The notes: generated from the sequence alone by a model not told the origin. A DNA stretch of 57,368 nt from a virus (IMGVR_UViG_3300020221_000020:1-57368); one strand, 5' to 3'; shown: positions 16,943 to 26,740, counted from the stretch's first letter. Translations and numbers: made by a program.

Positions 16943-17917
16943 TTAGTAGTTTGGTGCTGTTGTGCCATAAGTGGCATTAGTTATACTGTAAGCAGAAGCT
17001 AGTGATGCAGAAGACATTCCAGCATTTCCTCCAGGAGTAGACGATAAATCATTAGCAACATCATTAACATAACTTACTTTATACGTGTTATTATTTTGAG
17101 CACCGTTGTAATGACCTAGACAATAACCTTTATTTGCACCAGACTGATAATTTTCTTCCCCCGCATTTTGCACACCGAAACTACTAATCTGAGCTCCAGT
17201 ATCATCATTATACTTAACCAGAGTAGCATTCAAGTTGCCACCATTTTTCATGTAGGAATATCCTTTGTAACTACTTAAAGCTTTACCCCAACCATCACTT
17301 CCAGGAGATGTTGTCCATGATGCATATGTTTCAGTGGACCATGTGAAGGATTGTGCAGTGCTACCTGTTTTATGCCACCCTCTGAATCTACCCTCAGATG
17401 TTGCTGTAAAATCATTTGAAGTTGCTGAGTTTTGTGGTCTCTGTGCAGATGTTGCCATCGTTTCAGTTTTCAAATCAAATCTATCAGTAGCAGCATTACC
17501 GCCACCAACGATATAAACCTTAGCTCCAGCATGTTCATAATCAACCATAGTTCCCAAATCGTTTCTCGAAACTGTCATATTCCAAGAAGCAGTAGCACCA
17601 CCTCTTGATGCCTCATTGGTCATATTCATAGACCAAGTTGTAGCAGAAGAACCCATGAAAGCATTTGCGATAGCATAAACATAAAAATATAAATCACTGT
17701 TTGCTCCGTCAGAATATGAAGCTGCTTCGCTCATTTTATCACCAAGGTTTGTTGTGATATCAGTTGAGTGATTAGTGCGATTCACATTTCTCCATGGGGA
17801 GGAATCTTTATATCCCCCCGCAACAAATCCGTGAGTAATGATTCTTGCTTGTGGCCAGGGGAGATCGCCCCCCGCTCTGGATGCTCCTAAATCTCTTAAT
17901 GTAGTTAATCTTGGCAT
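16943..17917 (-). CDS. Kelch-like beta-propeller protein, candidate fibre-tip adhesin
   Basis: Repeated blades: HGFVAGGY, KVYIVGGG..ATDRFDLKTET, YSYMKNGG, KGYCLGHY. GGAGG RBS. Immediately downstream of the long fibre gene. Confidence 0.65.
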   Translation of the reverse strand: MPRLTTLRDLGASRAGGDLPWPQARIITHGFVAGGYKDSSPWRNVNRTNHSTDITTNLGDKMSEAASYSDGANSDLYFYVYAIANAFMGSSATTWSMNMTNEASRGGATASWNMTVSRNDLGTMVDYEHAGAKVYIVGGGNAATDRFDLKTETMATSAQRPQNSATSNDFTATSEGRFRGWHKTGSTAQSFTWSTETYASWTTSPGSDGWGKALSSYKGYSYMKNGGNLNATLVKYNDDTGAQISSFGVQNAGEENYQSGANKGYCLGHYNGAQNNNTYKVSYVNDVANDLSSTPGGNAGMSSASLASAYSITNATYGTTAPNY

Positions 17918-17949
17918 AGTTTGTTACCTCCGTTTTTTATTTTTAAAAT

Positions 17950-17985
17950 TTATCAACCGAAGGATTGTTATCAACCGAAGGATTG
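17950..17985. repeat. Perfect 18-bp tandem duplication of the fibre gene 3' end
   Basis: TTATCAACCGAAGGATTG at 17950-17967 and 17968-17985. Confidence 0.95.
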
Positions 17986-20900
17986 TTTTGATCCAATTAC
18001 GTCAACAAAACTACTACCACTTCTAATAATTGTATAAGTCCAAACTTCTAGTTTGTTTGCGGTTCCAGTTGGTTGATTTCCTCCTTGCCACTTAACTGTA
18101 AATGAAGATCCATTAACACCGAATGTTGTTGACATCTTATATGCAGTACCTCCCTGAGAAACTAAAATTGCGACGACAATCACTTTATTATCATCAACAG
18201 TTGTTGTAGTTGGAATATTCTGAATGTTTGGTGTGATATCACCACTCATCGAACCAGATGGATGATAGTAGATAGCTCTGGTTGCAAAATTATAGTTTTG
18301 GTTTCCAGACTGACCAGGACCTCTAATTTCAAGTGCTTCAGTGAAGCTTGCTTGCTTAGAAATACCAGTTACATCTAAACCAGCAAGAGTTCCAATGGAA
18401 GTTAGACCAGAAGCAGAAGTTACCGTTGAAGCAAGAGTAGTTGCACTTAAAACAGAAGCTCCATTGATTTGGTATGATGCGCCAGTTGGAATATTAACTC
18501 CACTGGTACCGCCAACATTTAGTCCAGCATTTGGAAGATTCCATCTGGTATTAGCATGATCATACTTAAAGCTTAGGTTGCTAGTGCCAAGTTGTAGTCC
18601 AGCATCATTGGCAGTGTCACTATTCGTGGCACCGCTACCAATAATGATTGTTTTATCTGCAATTGATAAATCTGTTGAATTAACAGTAGTTGTTGTGCCA
18701 GCAACGGTGATATTACCAGCAAACGAAGCATTACCATCTTTATCAACACTAAACTTAGATGCACCACCAACTTGAGCATTGATTAAAGTTGTGCCAGCAC
18801 CAGATTGTGTATTAGTTGCATTAATAGTTAATGCTTCGGTGCTTGATGCAGTATCCCAAGTAGGTCTTACTTTTAGTGTGCCTACAATATCAAGATCAGT
18901 TGCTACTTTTTGCTTTCTTTCTACCGTAATTGTGCCAGTGGCAGGTGAAACAGCAGTGCCAGTCATAGTGTAAGCAAATGTTTTGGCAGTAGCATTAACA
19001 GCGGTTACTGTAAATGTGCCATTATAATTTGCTTGGTTTGCACCAGAAACTACGATTTGGTCACCAAGATATACGTTATTGGCAACGAAGGAAGTTACAG
19101 TAGCAGTAGTGCCAGAAGATGTAAGTAAAGAAACACCGATGGTTGGAGAGGATCTTACAATACCAGCACCAACTTGTCCATCAACATAAGTCTTAACCGC
19201 AAGTTGAGTTGGAACTGCAGCATCTCTAGAGAAGTCTCCGCCTAATGTAGCATCAGCTGAGAATTCATTAATTGACACACCCAATTCAGCACCTAATGTG
19301 CCGAGACGTAGTGAGGATAGACCACTCAAGTTAAACGCACTAGCGTCTAGTGTAGCGGTACCTGTTGCCTGCTCAACAACGAAGAATTCACCAACTCTGA
19401 AGTTACCATCTTGGTCAGATGAAACGTAGTAACATCTTCCAGGGAAGTTTTCTACAATTTCATTTGCTTGTACTGGATTGGTGGTTGGTGTACCAGGCCA
19501 GTTTGTATTTGCTTTGTTTCCAGTACCAACTTGTAGGAAGTCATGACCTGTCATACGTACTTGTGAGTAACGTAGACGAATTTCTACTGACTGACCGTTG
19601 TTTGCATTGATATTCTTTGGTCCCGCAAAGATAATAGTTGCTCTACCAACTTGAGGTTGATTAACTGAGGTAATACGGAAGAATTCATCATCAACTTTAA
19701 CAATATCATTAGTGTCAAAGTTAGCGATAGAAAATAGAGGAATATCAGTTACAGCGGTATCAACGTCTCCACGTAAAGTGGTAGCATTTGCTGTTCTTGT
19801 TATATAGTAAATTATAGATCCGTCAGTATGTGCAGCAGCGGTTGTTCCTTCCTGACCTCTAACTACTGTAACACTAGCAGCGTTAACAGCAGTAATTCTC
19901 ATCAATTCGTTATTGACTAAAATAAAGTTGTTTGCGCCAGCAGCAAATCCTGATAGAATTGATTGAGTATCGTCAGAGAATGGAATTTCAGTAGCAGCGT
20001 TATCAACACCAACTGTGCCTAAAACATCAAGCTTACCAGTTATTGAAGAAACATTATAAAGAGTTACTGCAGCACCACCAGCATGTAGTGCAAGAGTGCT
20101 TCCTCCAGTTGTTCCTTGCTTATAAACTTTTGCATCTTGAAGACGAGCATCACCAGAAGCGATTGTTAAGTTGGTGCCTGGGTTTGAATAACTAAATGTA
20201 GTGCCAGTAAGCACAGTAACTGTAGTTCTTTGAAGCACCCCTCCAATAATACCCTTCGTAACACCATCAGTTGAATCAAAACCAGTTGCAAAAGGTCTTA
20301 CCGTAGCAGTAGCAGATGGAATTGCAATAACAACTTTATCACCAGTGCTAAGACCATGCGGTCCTGATGTAGTTAAAGTAGTTACGTTATTATTTCTACT
20401 TACGTCAGAAACGTTAACTGATGCTGGAGCGGTGCCAGGAACATCATATCTTCTGAGACTTGAAATGAAGATATTTGTTGCAACGCCTGCATCAACAACA
20501 TCTTTAATAACATAATACCCAGGATCATTATATTGTGAAGCGCCAGAAACGTTGAGGAATTTAGTAGCTCCAGTTATTTTTGGAAGTACAGGATTACCAC
20601 CGACAACAGGAAGGTTTGTGAGTGGGAAAATCTTACCCTTAACACCTTCTAGAGCTGGAGTTGCGCCTCCTGCAGAGGTTGTGGCAGTTGCACCAGATGC
20701 AACTACTCCAGCAGCACCCACACCAGCAATTGATTTGCTATTAGCAAATGTACCAGTGATAGGCTCAATTACTAGATAATTTGATTGGACATAAAGAATT
20801 AAACCAAGAGCATAATCTGCTGCTCCAACTGTGCTTTGAGCAACTTGCTCATTCTGCTTAAAGACAGGACTATTTTCTTCATAACTGAAGTTAAGTCTTT

Positions 20901-22896
20901 GACCTCTAACTGTACCTGTGATTGGGGTTTCTGTAGTATCAAAACCAGAGGATACCGCACCATATGTGCCCCATGAGTTGTTACCTACAAGTGAGCGAAT
21001 TCTACCACCACCAGAGCAGGTATAACCAATGTGACAATAGTATGTGAAGGAAGAAACGATTTCTGCGTTACCTAGATCCTTACACCAGAAACCAACACCT
21101 AAATCGTGTATTTGAGTGAATGAATCAAATAGCATCGATCCGTTAGAAACAGTATTACCATAAATGCTCTTATCGATGATAGCACCTACACCACCAGTGC
21201 AGTTCGGCGCTTCGCCTAAAGTGCGACCAGAGAATGCTGAGCACTGAGTAATATATGGTGATTTACCTGTAATTGGAATTGAAGGATTGAGTCTTAAGAA
21301 TACCCCTCTAATAGTTGCCTGAGTGATGTCAGGAGAATCAAGACCTGTGGCAGGTTCGAAACCTTCCATTCCACTGAAAATCATATCTTTCAGAGTTGTT
21401 GATTCTGAAAGGAAAAACATTGTAGAGAATCTGTTTTCTACAGGTGTTGCGTCAGTTGAAAGACCAACAGTGTTTGGAGAAATAACAGTGGCGCGAAGGT
21501 TATCGCCAATAATAGATGTGAAAGCAGGGACTGTTAGTGGAAGTTGCTCAGGGTAGGTGCCAGACTTAACAAAAATAGTATTGATTGAAGTCGCTGTGCC
21601 AACAGGAATCTGAGAAAGAGCATAACGTAATGTTTTCCAAGGTCTGCTGATATTTTTACCATGAGTAGTAGCATCAGTACCATCAGTTGCTACATAAAAA
21701 ACATTTGCACAAAGGTTGTTTCTTTCCCACGCAGGAAGACCATTATCGACTGTGAGAACTTGACCACTTGTGCCAATTGGAAGAGGCACATTAGCGCCAG
21801 CATTATTTCTATAAAGAGTATCACCAGGATTTTGTAGGGTTAGTGTTGATTCTCCCTGTGCAAGTGCTTGCCAGTTAGCGCCACCGTCAGCAACGGGGTC
21901 AATGTTAATATTGTGTGCTGTTAAATTAACCCAACTTGCGGAAGATTTAGAAACAACATCATTCACTTGATAAGTTGCTGTTGAAGACCAGGGACCTCTC
22001 CAATTTAGACCACTGGAAACTTTTTTCCATTTTGTAGCATCAGTTGGATAGATACCTGCAGCACTAGTTGAAATTTTTACATATGTATTTCCACCGAATA
22101 GCACAACATCTCCAGGTACATACACAGTTGTATTACTGTATTCGCCTTTCATATCAAAACCAGTGGTCACAATTCCCCAATCAGCTGGTATTGCTGGAGT
22201 TGGTGGAATTGGTGGACTCGCTGAAGAATCTCCTGGATTACCAGGAATGTCTATTAGATAAAGGTTAGGTTGCTTGCCTTGACTGATAGTTTTGGCAACG
22301 TAAGTATAACCACCATAATTGACAATATCTCCTGGTTGATACTCTGTGCCCTGTAACCAAGTATCTTCAAAATTAACAGACTCTAGATAAACACTAAACT
22401 TAGTAAGGTCGAATGAAATACCTGAAGTATGGGCGGTAGTTACGAGATATAATGTGTTACCATATCTTACGATATCGTTTAATTTATACCAAGTGCCAGC
22501 GGTCCAATCTGATTTATATGTCGTGCCAGCAGTATAAAGAGACCATTTGGTAAGATCATTAGTATAGAATAAATTCTCGTTTGCTGCGGATGTATGATTC
22601 TGCACACAGAGATATTGATTAGCACCATAGCTAACAAGGTCATTCTTAGCGAAGAATGTATTTGGAGTCCATGTGCCTATGATTCTAACACCAGGGACAT
22701 GTAGTTGCCATCTTGGCACCGCAATGTCTAAATCTGTTGATGCCCAAGAAGTTTCTGATGCTGCCGAAGTATGATTAACGACACAAACGTATGTATTCCC
22801 TTTAAAGGAAACGATGTCGTCAATTACATAGGCAGTAGATGGAGCCCATGCACCTCTCCAGTTGAATTTTAATCTACCTAATCTGAAATCAGCCAT
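17971..22896 (-). CDS. Long tail fibre / receptor-binding protein (1641 aa)
   Basis: N-terminal repeats W..ST.Y...D.V...G.TY (carbohydrate-binding-module-like), a pectin-lyase-like VFYVATDG..PWKTL domain, a Gly/Thr-rich shaft and a C-terminal VKWQGGNQPT domain. Confidence 0.8.
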   Translation of the reverse strand: MADFRLGRLKFNWRGAWAPSTAYVIDDIVSFKGNTYVCVVNHTSAASETSWASTDLDIAVPRWQLHVPGVRIIGTWTPNTFFAKNDLVSYGANQYLCVQNHTSAANENLFYTNDLTKWSLYTAGTTYKSDWTAGTWYKLNDIVRYGNTLYLVTTAHTSGISFDLTKFSVYLESVNFEDTWLQGTEYQPGDIVNYGGYTYVAKTISQGKQPNLYLIDIPGNPGDSSASPPIPPTPAIPADWGIVTTGFDMKGEYSNTTVYVPGDVVLFGGNTYVKISTSAAGIYPTDATKWKKVSSGLNWRGPWSSTATYQVNDVVSKSSASWVNLTAHNINIDPVADGGANWQALAQGESTLTLQNPGDTLYRNNAGANVPLPIGTSGQVLTVDNGLPAWERNNLCANVFYVATDGTDATTHGKNISRPWKTLRYALSQIPVGTATSINTIFVKSGTYPEQLPLTVPAFTSIIGDNLRATVISPNTVGLSTDATPVENRFSTMFFLSESTTLKDMIFSGMEGFEPATGLDSPDITQATIRGVFLRLNPSIPITGKSPYITQCSAFSGRTLGEAPNCTGGVGAIIDKSIYGNTVSNGSMLFDSFTQIHDLGVGFWCKDLGNAEIVSSFTYYCHIGYTCSGGGRIRSLVGNNSWGTYGAVSSGFDTTETPITGTVRGQRLNFSYEENSPVFKQNEQVAQSTVGAADYALGLILYVQSNYLVIEPITGTFANSKSIAGVGAAGVVASGATATTSAGGATPALEGVKGKIFPLTNLPVVGGNPVLPKITGATKFLNVSGASQYNDPGYYVIKDVVDAGVATNIFISSLRRYDVPGTAPASVNVSDVSRNNNVTTLTTSGPHGLSTGDKVVIAIPSATATVRPFATGFDSTDGVTKGIIGGVLQRTTVTVLTGTTFSYSNPGTNLTIASGDARLQDAKVYKQGTTGGSTLALHAGGAAVTLYNVSSITGKLDVLGTVGVDNAATEIPFSDDTQSILSGFAAGANNFILVNNELMRITAVNAASVTVVRGQEGTTAAAHTDGSIIYYITRTANATTLRGDVDTAVTDIPLFSIANFDTNDIVKVDDEFFRITSVNQPQVGRATIIFAGPKNINANNGQSVEIRLRYSQVRMTGHDFLQVGTGNKANTNWPGTPTTNPVQANEIVENFPGRCYYVSSDQDGNFRVGEFFVVEQATGTATLDASAFNLSGLSSLRLGTLGAELGVSINEFSADATLGGDFSRDAAVPTQLAVKTYVDGQVGAGIVRSSPTIGVSLLTSSGTTATVTSFVANNVYLGDQIVVSGANQANYNGTFTVTAVNATAKTFAYTMTGTAVSPATGTITVERKQKVATDLDIVGTLKVRPTWDTASSTEALTINATNTQSGAGTTLINAQVGGASKFSVDKDGNASFAGNITVAGTTTTVNSTDLSIADKTIIIGSGATNSDTANDAGLQLGTSNLSFKYDHANTRWNLPNAGLNVGGTSGVNIPTGASYQINGASVLSATTLASTVTSASGLTSIGTLAGLDVTGISKQASFTEALEIRGPGQSGNQNYNFATRAIYYHPSGSMSGDITPNIQNIPTTTTVDDNKVIVVAILVSQGGTAYKMSTTFGVNGSSFTVKWQGGNQPTGTANKLEVWTYTIIRSGSSFVDVIGSKQSFG

Positions 22897-22953
22897 TTTT
22901 TATTTTCCTTATAGTGGTCCTTGGTGGATAAACGTTTGTGCCTAACCTGGCAA

Positions 22954-23625
22954 TTATTTTGGTCCTACACTGTAATCATAACTACCAAATCTAGCAACGA
23001 AATAACCTTGATCATCAATGAAATAGGTTATCTTTCTTGCTTCAAACTTATACTGTTGATATTTATCATTGTTTTCGTCGTTACTAAAAGATTTAACAAT
23101 ACTAGTAACTCTAAAAGTTAAATCTGTAACATCATTAACTTTTGAAGAAGGAACTGTTACAGTTTCATTTGGAGAGAATTGAGCTCCTCCACTATGAATT
23201 TCAACTGTTGAAATATAACCTTGAGCATTTCTAGTAATTAAAAGATTTAGTCCTGATCCAGGTTTTCTATTTGATTCTCCTTCTCCATCACCATTCCCAA
23301 TTAATCCAGTTACTGTGTATGTCACATTAGCATCAGTTGAATTTTCAATGCCTCCAGAAACTAATTGTATTGTTTTAACACCACCAACTTCAACAACGTT
23401 ATTCCAAGCATCCATGAAATCAATTTGCGCTGTGCCATCAACATTAAAAACATCAATATTATCGTTATCTGCAGTGTTTGTTTTGGTATAAACAAGCATA
23501 CCATCAGCGTCTCTTCTTAGAGCATGAAAAGTAAAACGGTTTGAGGTGTTAAAGTATGAATACATGCTTCCCCCTCCAGATCCAACACTACTGCCCTGCC
23601 CAGATTCACTTAAGTAAAGTGCCAT
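22954..23625 (-). CDS. Hypothetical virion protein (fibre-associated)
   Basis: 223 aa; FHALRRDADGML and KYQQYKFE..ITYFIDDQGYFVAR segments; two late promoters upstream. Confidence 0.75.
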   Translation of the reverse strand: MALYLSESGQGSSVGSGGGSMYSYFNTSNRFTFHALRRDADGMLVYTKTNTADNDNIDVFNVDGTAQIDFMDAWNNVVEVGGVKTIQLVSGGIENSTDANVTYTVTGLIGNGDGEGESNRKPGSGLNLLITRNAQGYISTVEIHSGGAQFSPNETVTVPSSKVNDVTDLTFRVTSIVKSFSNDENNDKYQQYKFEARKITYFIDDQGYFVARFGSYDYSVGPK

Positions 23626-23645
23626 CTAAAAACCCCAACTTGAGT

Positions 23646-23671
23646 TATTTATGATATCACAAGTATTTATA
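23646..23671 (-). promoter_or_regulatory. Tandem late promoters (TATAAATA, CATAAATA)
   Basis: Matches at 23664-23671 and 23646-23653. Confidence 0.75.
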
Positions 23672-23682
23672 ATAATTAACTA

Positions 23683-24420
23683 TTATGAATACACCTTCCA
23701 AAAATCTCCAGTCCAAACAATTGTAACTGTAACCCCAGCAAGATCAAGAATATATGGACTATCTGTGTCTCCAGTTTGATCTTGGAATGTTTTTCCTGAT
23801 CCTGCATCTAATATAACTGGATATGAATTCCAAGAATTTTTCATATCAGCAAAAACAATAGTATTACCTATGTTTGGATTTACTGGAAGAATTACTGTAA
23901 TATCTGATTGTGTAGAAGAATTAGTTAAGGTATCTACTAAATATCTTCCACTGACTTGTGCAACAAAATTTTGTGTTTCTACACCAAAACTTGCGCCAGC
24001 AGCAATATTATTACTGCCTCTAACAATAAGGTCACCTTTAATTTCTACTACACCAGTAACATCATTATCATTATTTGGGTCAATAACAATATCACCAGTT
24101 GCTTTAACTCTGTTAACTAACAAACTATTCATGGTGAAATCGCCAGTGCTCTCAAGAATACTTGGAGTTACTGAGTTTGGAAACATATTGATAGTATTAA
24201 CCTTTCCCCAAGAAAGGACTCCATTACCATCGGTAATTAACATTTCGTTAGCAGCACCATCATCAACTGGCATTGTCAATGTATAGCTTCCAGTTAAACT
24301 GGATGGTGCTTTAAGAGACACAAATCTAAGTGTGCCTACATTAGTGCTTAATTTTACTGCGTTGTTATTTTCAACAACCAGTCCGTTTTTTACGGTAAAT
24401 TCTTTGTTGTACGTAGCCAT
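23683..24420 (-). CDS. Fibre-like virion protein
   Basis: NKEFTVKNGL N-terminus; LKAP....YTLTMP.DDG....L.TDGNG.LSW fibre motif; C-terminal YLVDT...ILP.NP.IG....F.D...W beta-sandwich. Confidence 0.75.
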   Translation of the reverse strand: MATYNKEFTVKNGLVVENNNAVKLSTNVGTLRFVSLKAPSSLTGSYTLTMPVDDGAANEMLITDGNGVLSWGKVNTINMFPNSVTPSILESTGDFTMNSLLVNRVKATGDIVIDPNNDNDVTGVVEIKGDLIVRGSNNIAAGASFGVETQNFVAQVSGRYLVDTLTNSSTQSDITVILPVNPNIGNTIVFADMKNSWNSYPVILDAGSGKTFQDQTGDTDSPYILDLAGVTVTIVWTGDFWKVYS

Positions 24421-24453
24421 AACGGTTCACTCTCCCCGTTGTAGTGTTAGAAA

Positions 24454-24461
24454 TATTTATG
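24454..24461 (-). promoter_or_regulatory. Late promoter (CATAAATA)
   Basis: Overlaps the stop of the 491-aa gene. Confidence 0.65.
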
Positions 24462-25932
24462 ATTTAATGGCAGTAGCAACTACCTTTACAGTAGTTAAAG
24501 TTGTTGCTGATGCTGGTGTGACCAAAAGACGAATATTGCCAGAATTAATATCAGCAGAATACGAAGCAATATATGTATCAGATGCTATAGCATTTTGCTC
24601 AGTTATAGTTACATCAATGCCGTTGTGTATCAATAATAGTTTTGATACATGTGTATTATTTCCCGATTTTGCTTGAATCAAATATTCCACTGAAGAGAAT
24701 GTGGAAGCAGGGAGGGGGAGAATTGGATATTGCGATGTTGACCCCGTTGTATTTGAAGCAGATGTATAAACAGCAACATTATTAACAGATAACATAGTAG
24801 CAGACGCAATTCCTAAAGTTGGGTCTGTTAATATAGGAGAGGTTAAAGTTTTGTTGGTTAAAGTTTCTACATTATTTAAAGTAGAAAGAGTGCCACTCGT
24901 AGGTAACGTTACATCCGTATTAGCAGTGGTTGTTACACTCAAAGTATGAGCACCAGTGTGTGTAAAATTACCGCCAAGAGTAATTGTTTTAGTGCCATTA
25001 TTTACACCAGTGCCACCGTAGGTTGGCGAAATAATTGTGCCATTCCAAACACCATTAGCAAGTGTTCCTACTGAAGTTAGATTGGAAGAAACAATTCCAC
25101 TACCTAATGCAGTCGATCCAATTACAGTAGTGCCATTAATCTTATAAGTTTTTCCTTCGGCAAGATTCCAACTTTCAGAAGAAGACCACGAAGTATATCC
25201 GTGACTATAAGTTAAAGTAACTCCAGTAGTGCCAACATTAAATCCAGACCCATCAGCGGCAGCTGCACTACTTGTGCCGTTAGCAATAATTACAACTTTA
25301 TCGGTGATTGCTAAATCAGTAGTACTAATTGTAGTGGTAGCACCTTGTACTAGCAAATCCCCAGTAATAGTTAAATTACCAGATATAGTTGCTAATGTGC
25401 CATTATCTCCGATGATTGAATCAGTAAACTGATTGTCGGTGTCATTCCACTTTGTTAGTTTATTTTGAGAAAGATTATCGCCATTTTTAATAGCAACTGT
25501 TACATCAATACTACCATCAAAACTTGTGCCAGATAGTCCTGTGCCAATGGTTAATGTTTTATCAATTGCTGCTTCGATAGTAATATTTTGACTACCATCA
25601 AATGCAATACCGTTGATTGTTCTTGCTGTTGCTAATTTTGTTGCAGTATCAGCATTACCAACTAACGCACCAGTAAATGACTGTGAAAAAATATTAGCAA
25701 ATTTGAAAGAAGATGACCCAAGATTATAAGTGGTGTTAGCAGAAGGTAATACAGTAGCGCCAAAAGAAGCGTTGGACATATTTGCCCTTGCTATTTCATA
25801 ACCACCAGCGGTTACTCCATCATGCAACCTCAAAGCATAGTTGCTAAGATTTACTGATAACTCACCTTGTGCTCCAGTAAAGTTATTATTTTGTGTTGCA
25901 GTGCCTCTTCTAAACTGTACTTGGGTTGCCAT
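24457..25932 (-). CDS. Fibre protein with Mtd-N-like N-terminus
   Basis: MATQVQFRRGT...FTGAQGEL...LRLHDG.TAGG; ADTATKLATARTING fibre motif; Gly/Thr-rich shaft. Confidence 0.8.
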   Translation of the reverse strand: MATQVQFRRGTATQNNNFTGAQGELSVNLSNYALRLHDGVTAGGYEIARANMSNASFGATVLPSANTTYNLGSSSFKFANIFSQSFTGALVGNADTATKLATARTINGIAFDGSQNITIEAAIDKTLTIGTGLSGTSFDGSIDVTVAIKNGDNLSQNKLTKWNDTDNQFTDSIIGDNGTLATISGNLTITGDLLVQGATTTISTTDLAITDKVVIIANGTSSAAAADGSGFNVGTTGVTLTYSHGYTSWSSSESWNLAEGKTYKINGTTVIGSTALGSGIVSSNLTSVGTLANGVWNGTIISPTYGGTGVNNGTKTITLGGNFTHTGAHTLSVTTTANTDVTLPTSGTLSTLNNVETLTNKTLTSPILTDPTLGIASATMLSVNNVAVYTSASNTTGSTSQYPILPLPASTFSSVEYLIQAKSGNNTHVSKLLLIHNGIDVTITEQNAIASDTYIASYSADINSGNIRLLVTPASATTLTTVKVVATAIKS

Positions 25933-25949
25933 TACTTTTTCCTATAATA

Positions 25950-26477
25950 TTATGGAGTATTTAAATCAACTTGATATAGTCTGCCTTCTGGACTCATCAT
26001 GTCCCAAAAAGCAATAGTTGACACGCCAAAAGCATCTGTTGTATTTGCTAGTGGGTCGTTTGGATCTGAATTAGCGTTATAATCACCAGTAGGAAACAAG
26101 GAAAGTCCAGGAAGTTCAATCCACTGCACTCCAGATCCTGTTGTTGCCAGAACATTACCAGCCGCCCCTGTACTACCATTAGCAGTCAGAGTGCCTAATA
26201 ATTTTAAATTTGTCGCATTTACATAGTAACCATCCCAAGTTAAATTGGGAGATGACCCATAAGAACCATTATTATTAAATTGAAACTCTCCGTTATTTCC
26301 AGCAAGACTAGTAGCAGATCCAATATCAATAATTGATTCTACACCGTTTTGATTTTTTTTGAGGAATAATTTACCTTCAAAGGTATTGATGGCTAATTCA
26401 CCTAAGTCAAGTTGCCCCACCTCGGGAAATTTCCCAGGTACGGCTGTACGTTTAATTCTAATCTTAGGTGCTGCCAT
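25950..26477 (-). CDS. Short fibre-like protein
   Basis: IRIKR...P....L.LGELAINT.EGKLF N-terminus; QFNNNG and G.AG.VL.TTG.GV.W motifs. Confidence 0.75.
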   Translation of the reverse strand: MAAPKIRIKRTAVPGKFPEVGQLDLGELAINTFEGKLFLKKNQNGVESIIDIGSATSLAGNNGEFQFNNNGSYGSSPNLTWDGYYVNATNLKLLGTLTANGSTGAAGNVLATTGSGVQWIELPGLSLFPTGDYNANSDPNDPLANTTDAFGVSTIAFWDMMSPEGRLYQVDLNTP

Positions 26478-26499
26478 ATGGCTTCCTCTCAGTCAGTGC

Positions 26500-26506
26500 T
26501 ATTTAG
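26500..26506 (-). promoter_or_regulatory. Late promoter (CTAAATA)
   Basis: Intergenic, upstream of a GAGG RBS. Confidence 0.6.
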
Positions 26507-26518
26507 CGGAGGGTGACT

Positions 26519-26740
26519 TTATGTAAAGTCTTCTTGGACAGTATTTACTGCCTTCTTTTTGGTTGTCCCAGTGGATTTATCAGATTCTAACTCGGTAATT
26601 TTTTCCCTAAGGGAGCTTACTGTCTGCGTTAGAATATTACCTCTGGTCTCTAAAATAATGTTTTGTTGGATTAAATCCGACAAACGCTTTTGATAAACTT
26701 GAATCAAAGAATTGTAATCAATTTCGACATCATTAGACAT
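26519..26740 (-). CDS. Small coiled-coil protein
   Basis: 73 aa heptad pattern; GGAG RBS. Confidence 0.7.
   Translation of the reverse strand: MSNDVEIDYNSLIQVYQKRLSDLIQQNIILETRGNILTQTVSSLREKITELESDKSTGTTKKKAVNTVQEDFT

Noticed and set aside
17950-17987. CRISPR-like or attachment-site interpretation of the 18-bp repeat
   Set aside because: Only two abutting copies with no spacer, and no cas or integrase gene in the window.
1146-18779. Nested minus-strand ORFs 1146-1469, 1593-1781, 9506-9766 and 18573-18779
   Set aside because: Alternative frames within gp23, gp17 and the fibre gene; no independent support.
22180-22255. Pro-rich insert PGNPGDSSASPPIPPTPAIP in the fibre
   Set aside because: Most simply a flexible low-complexity linker between repeats.
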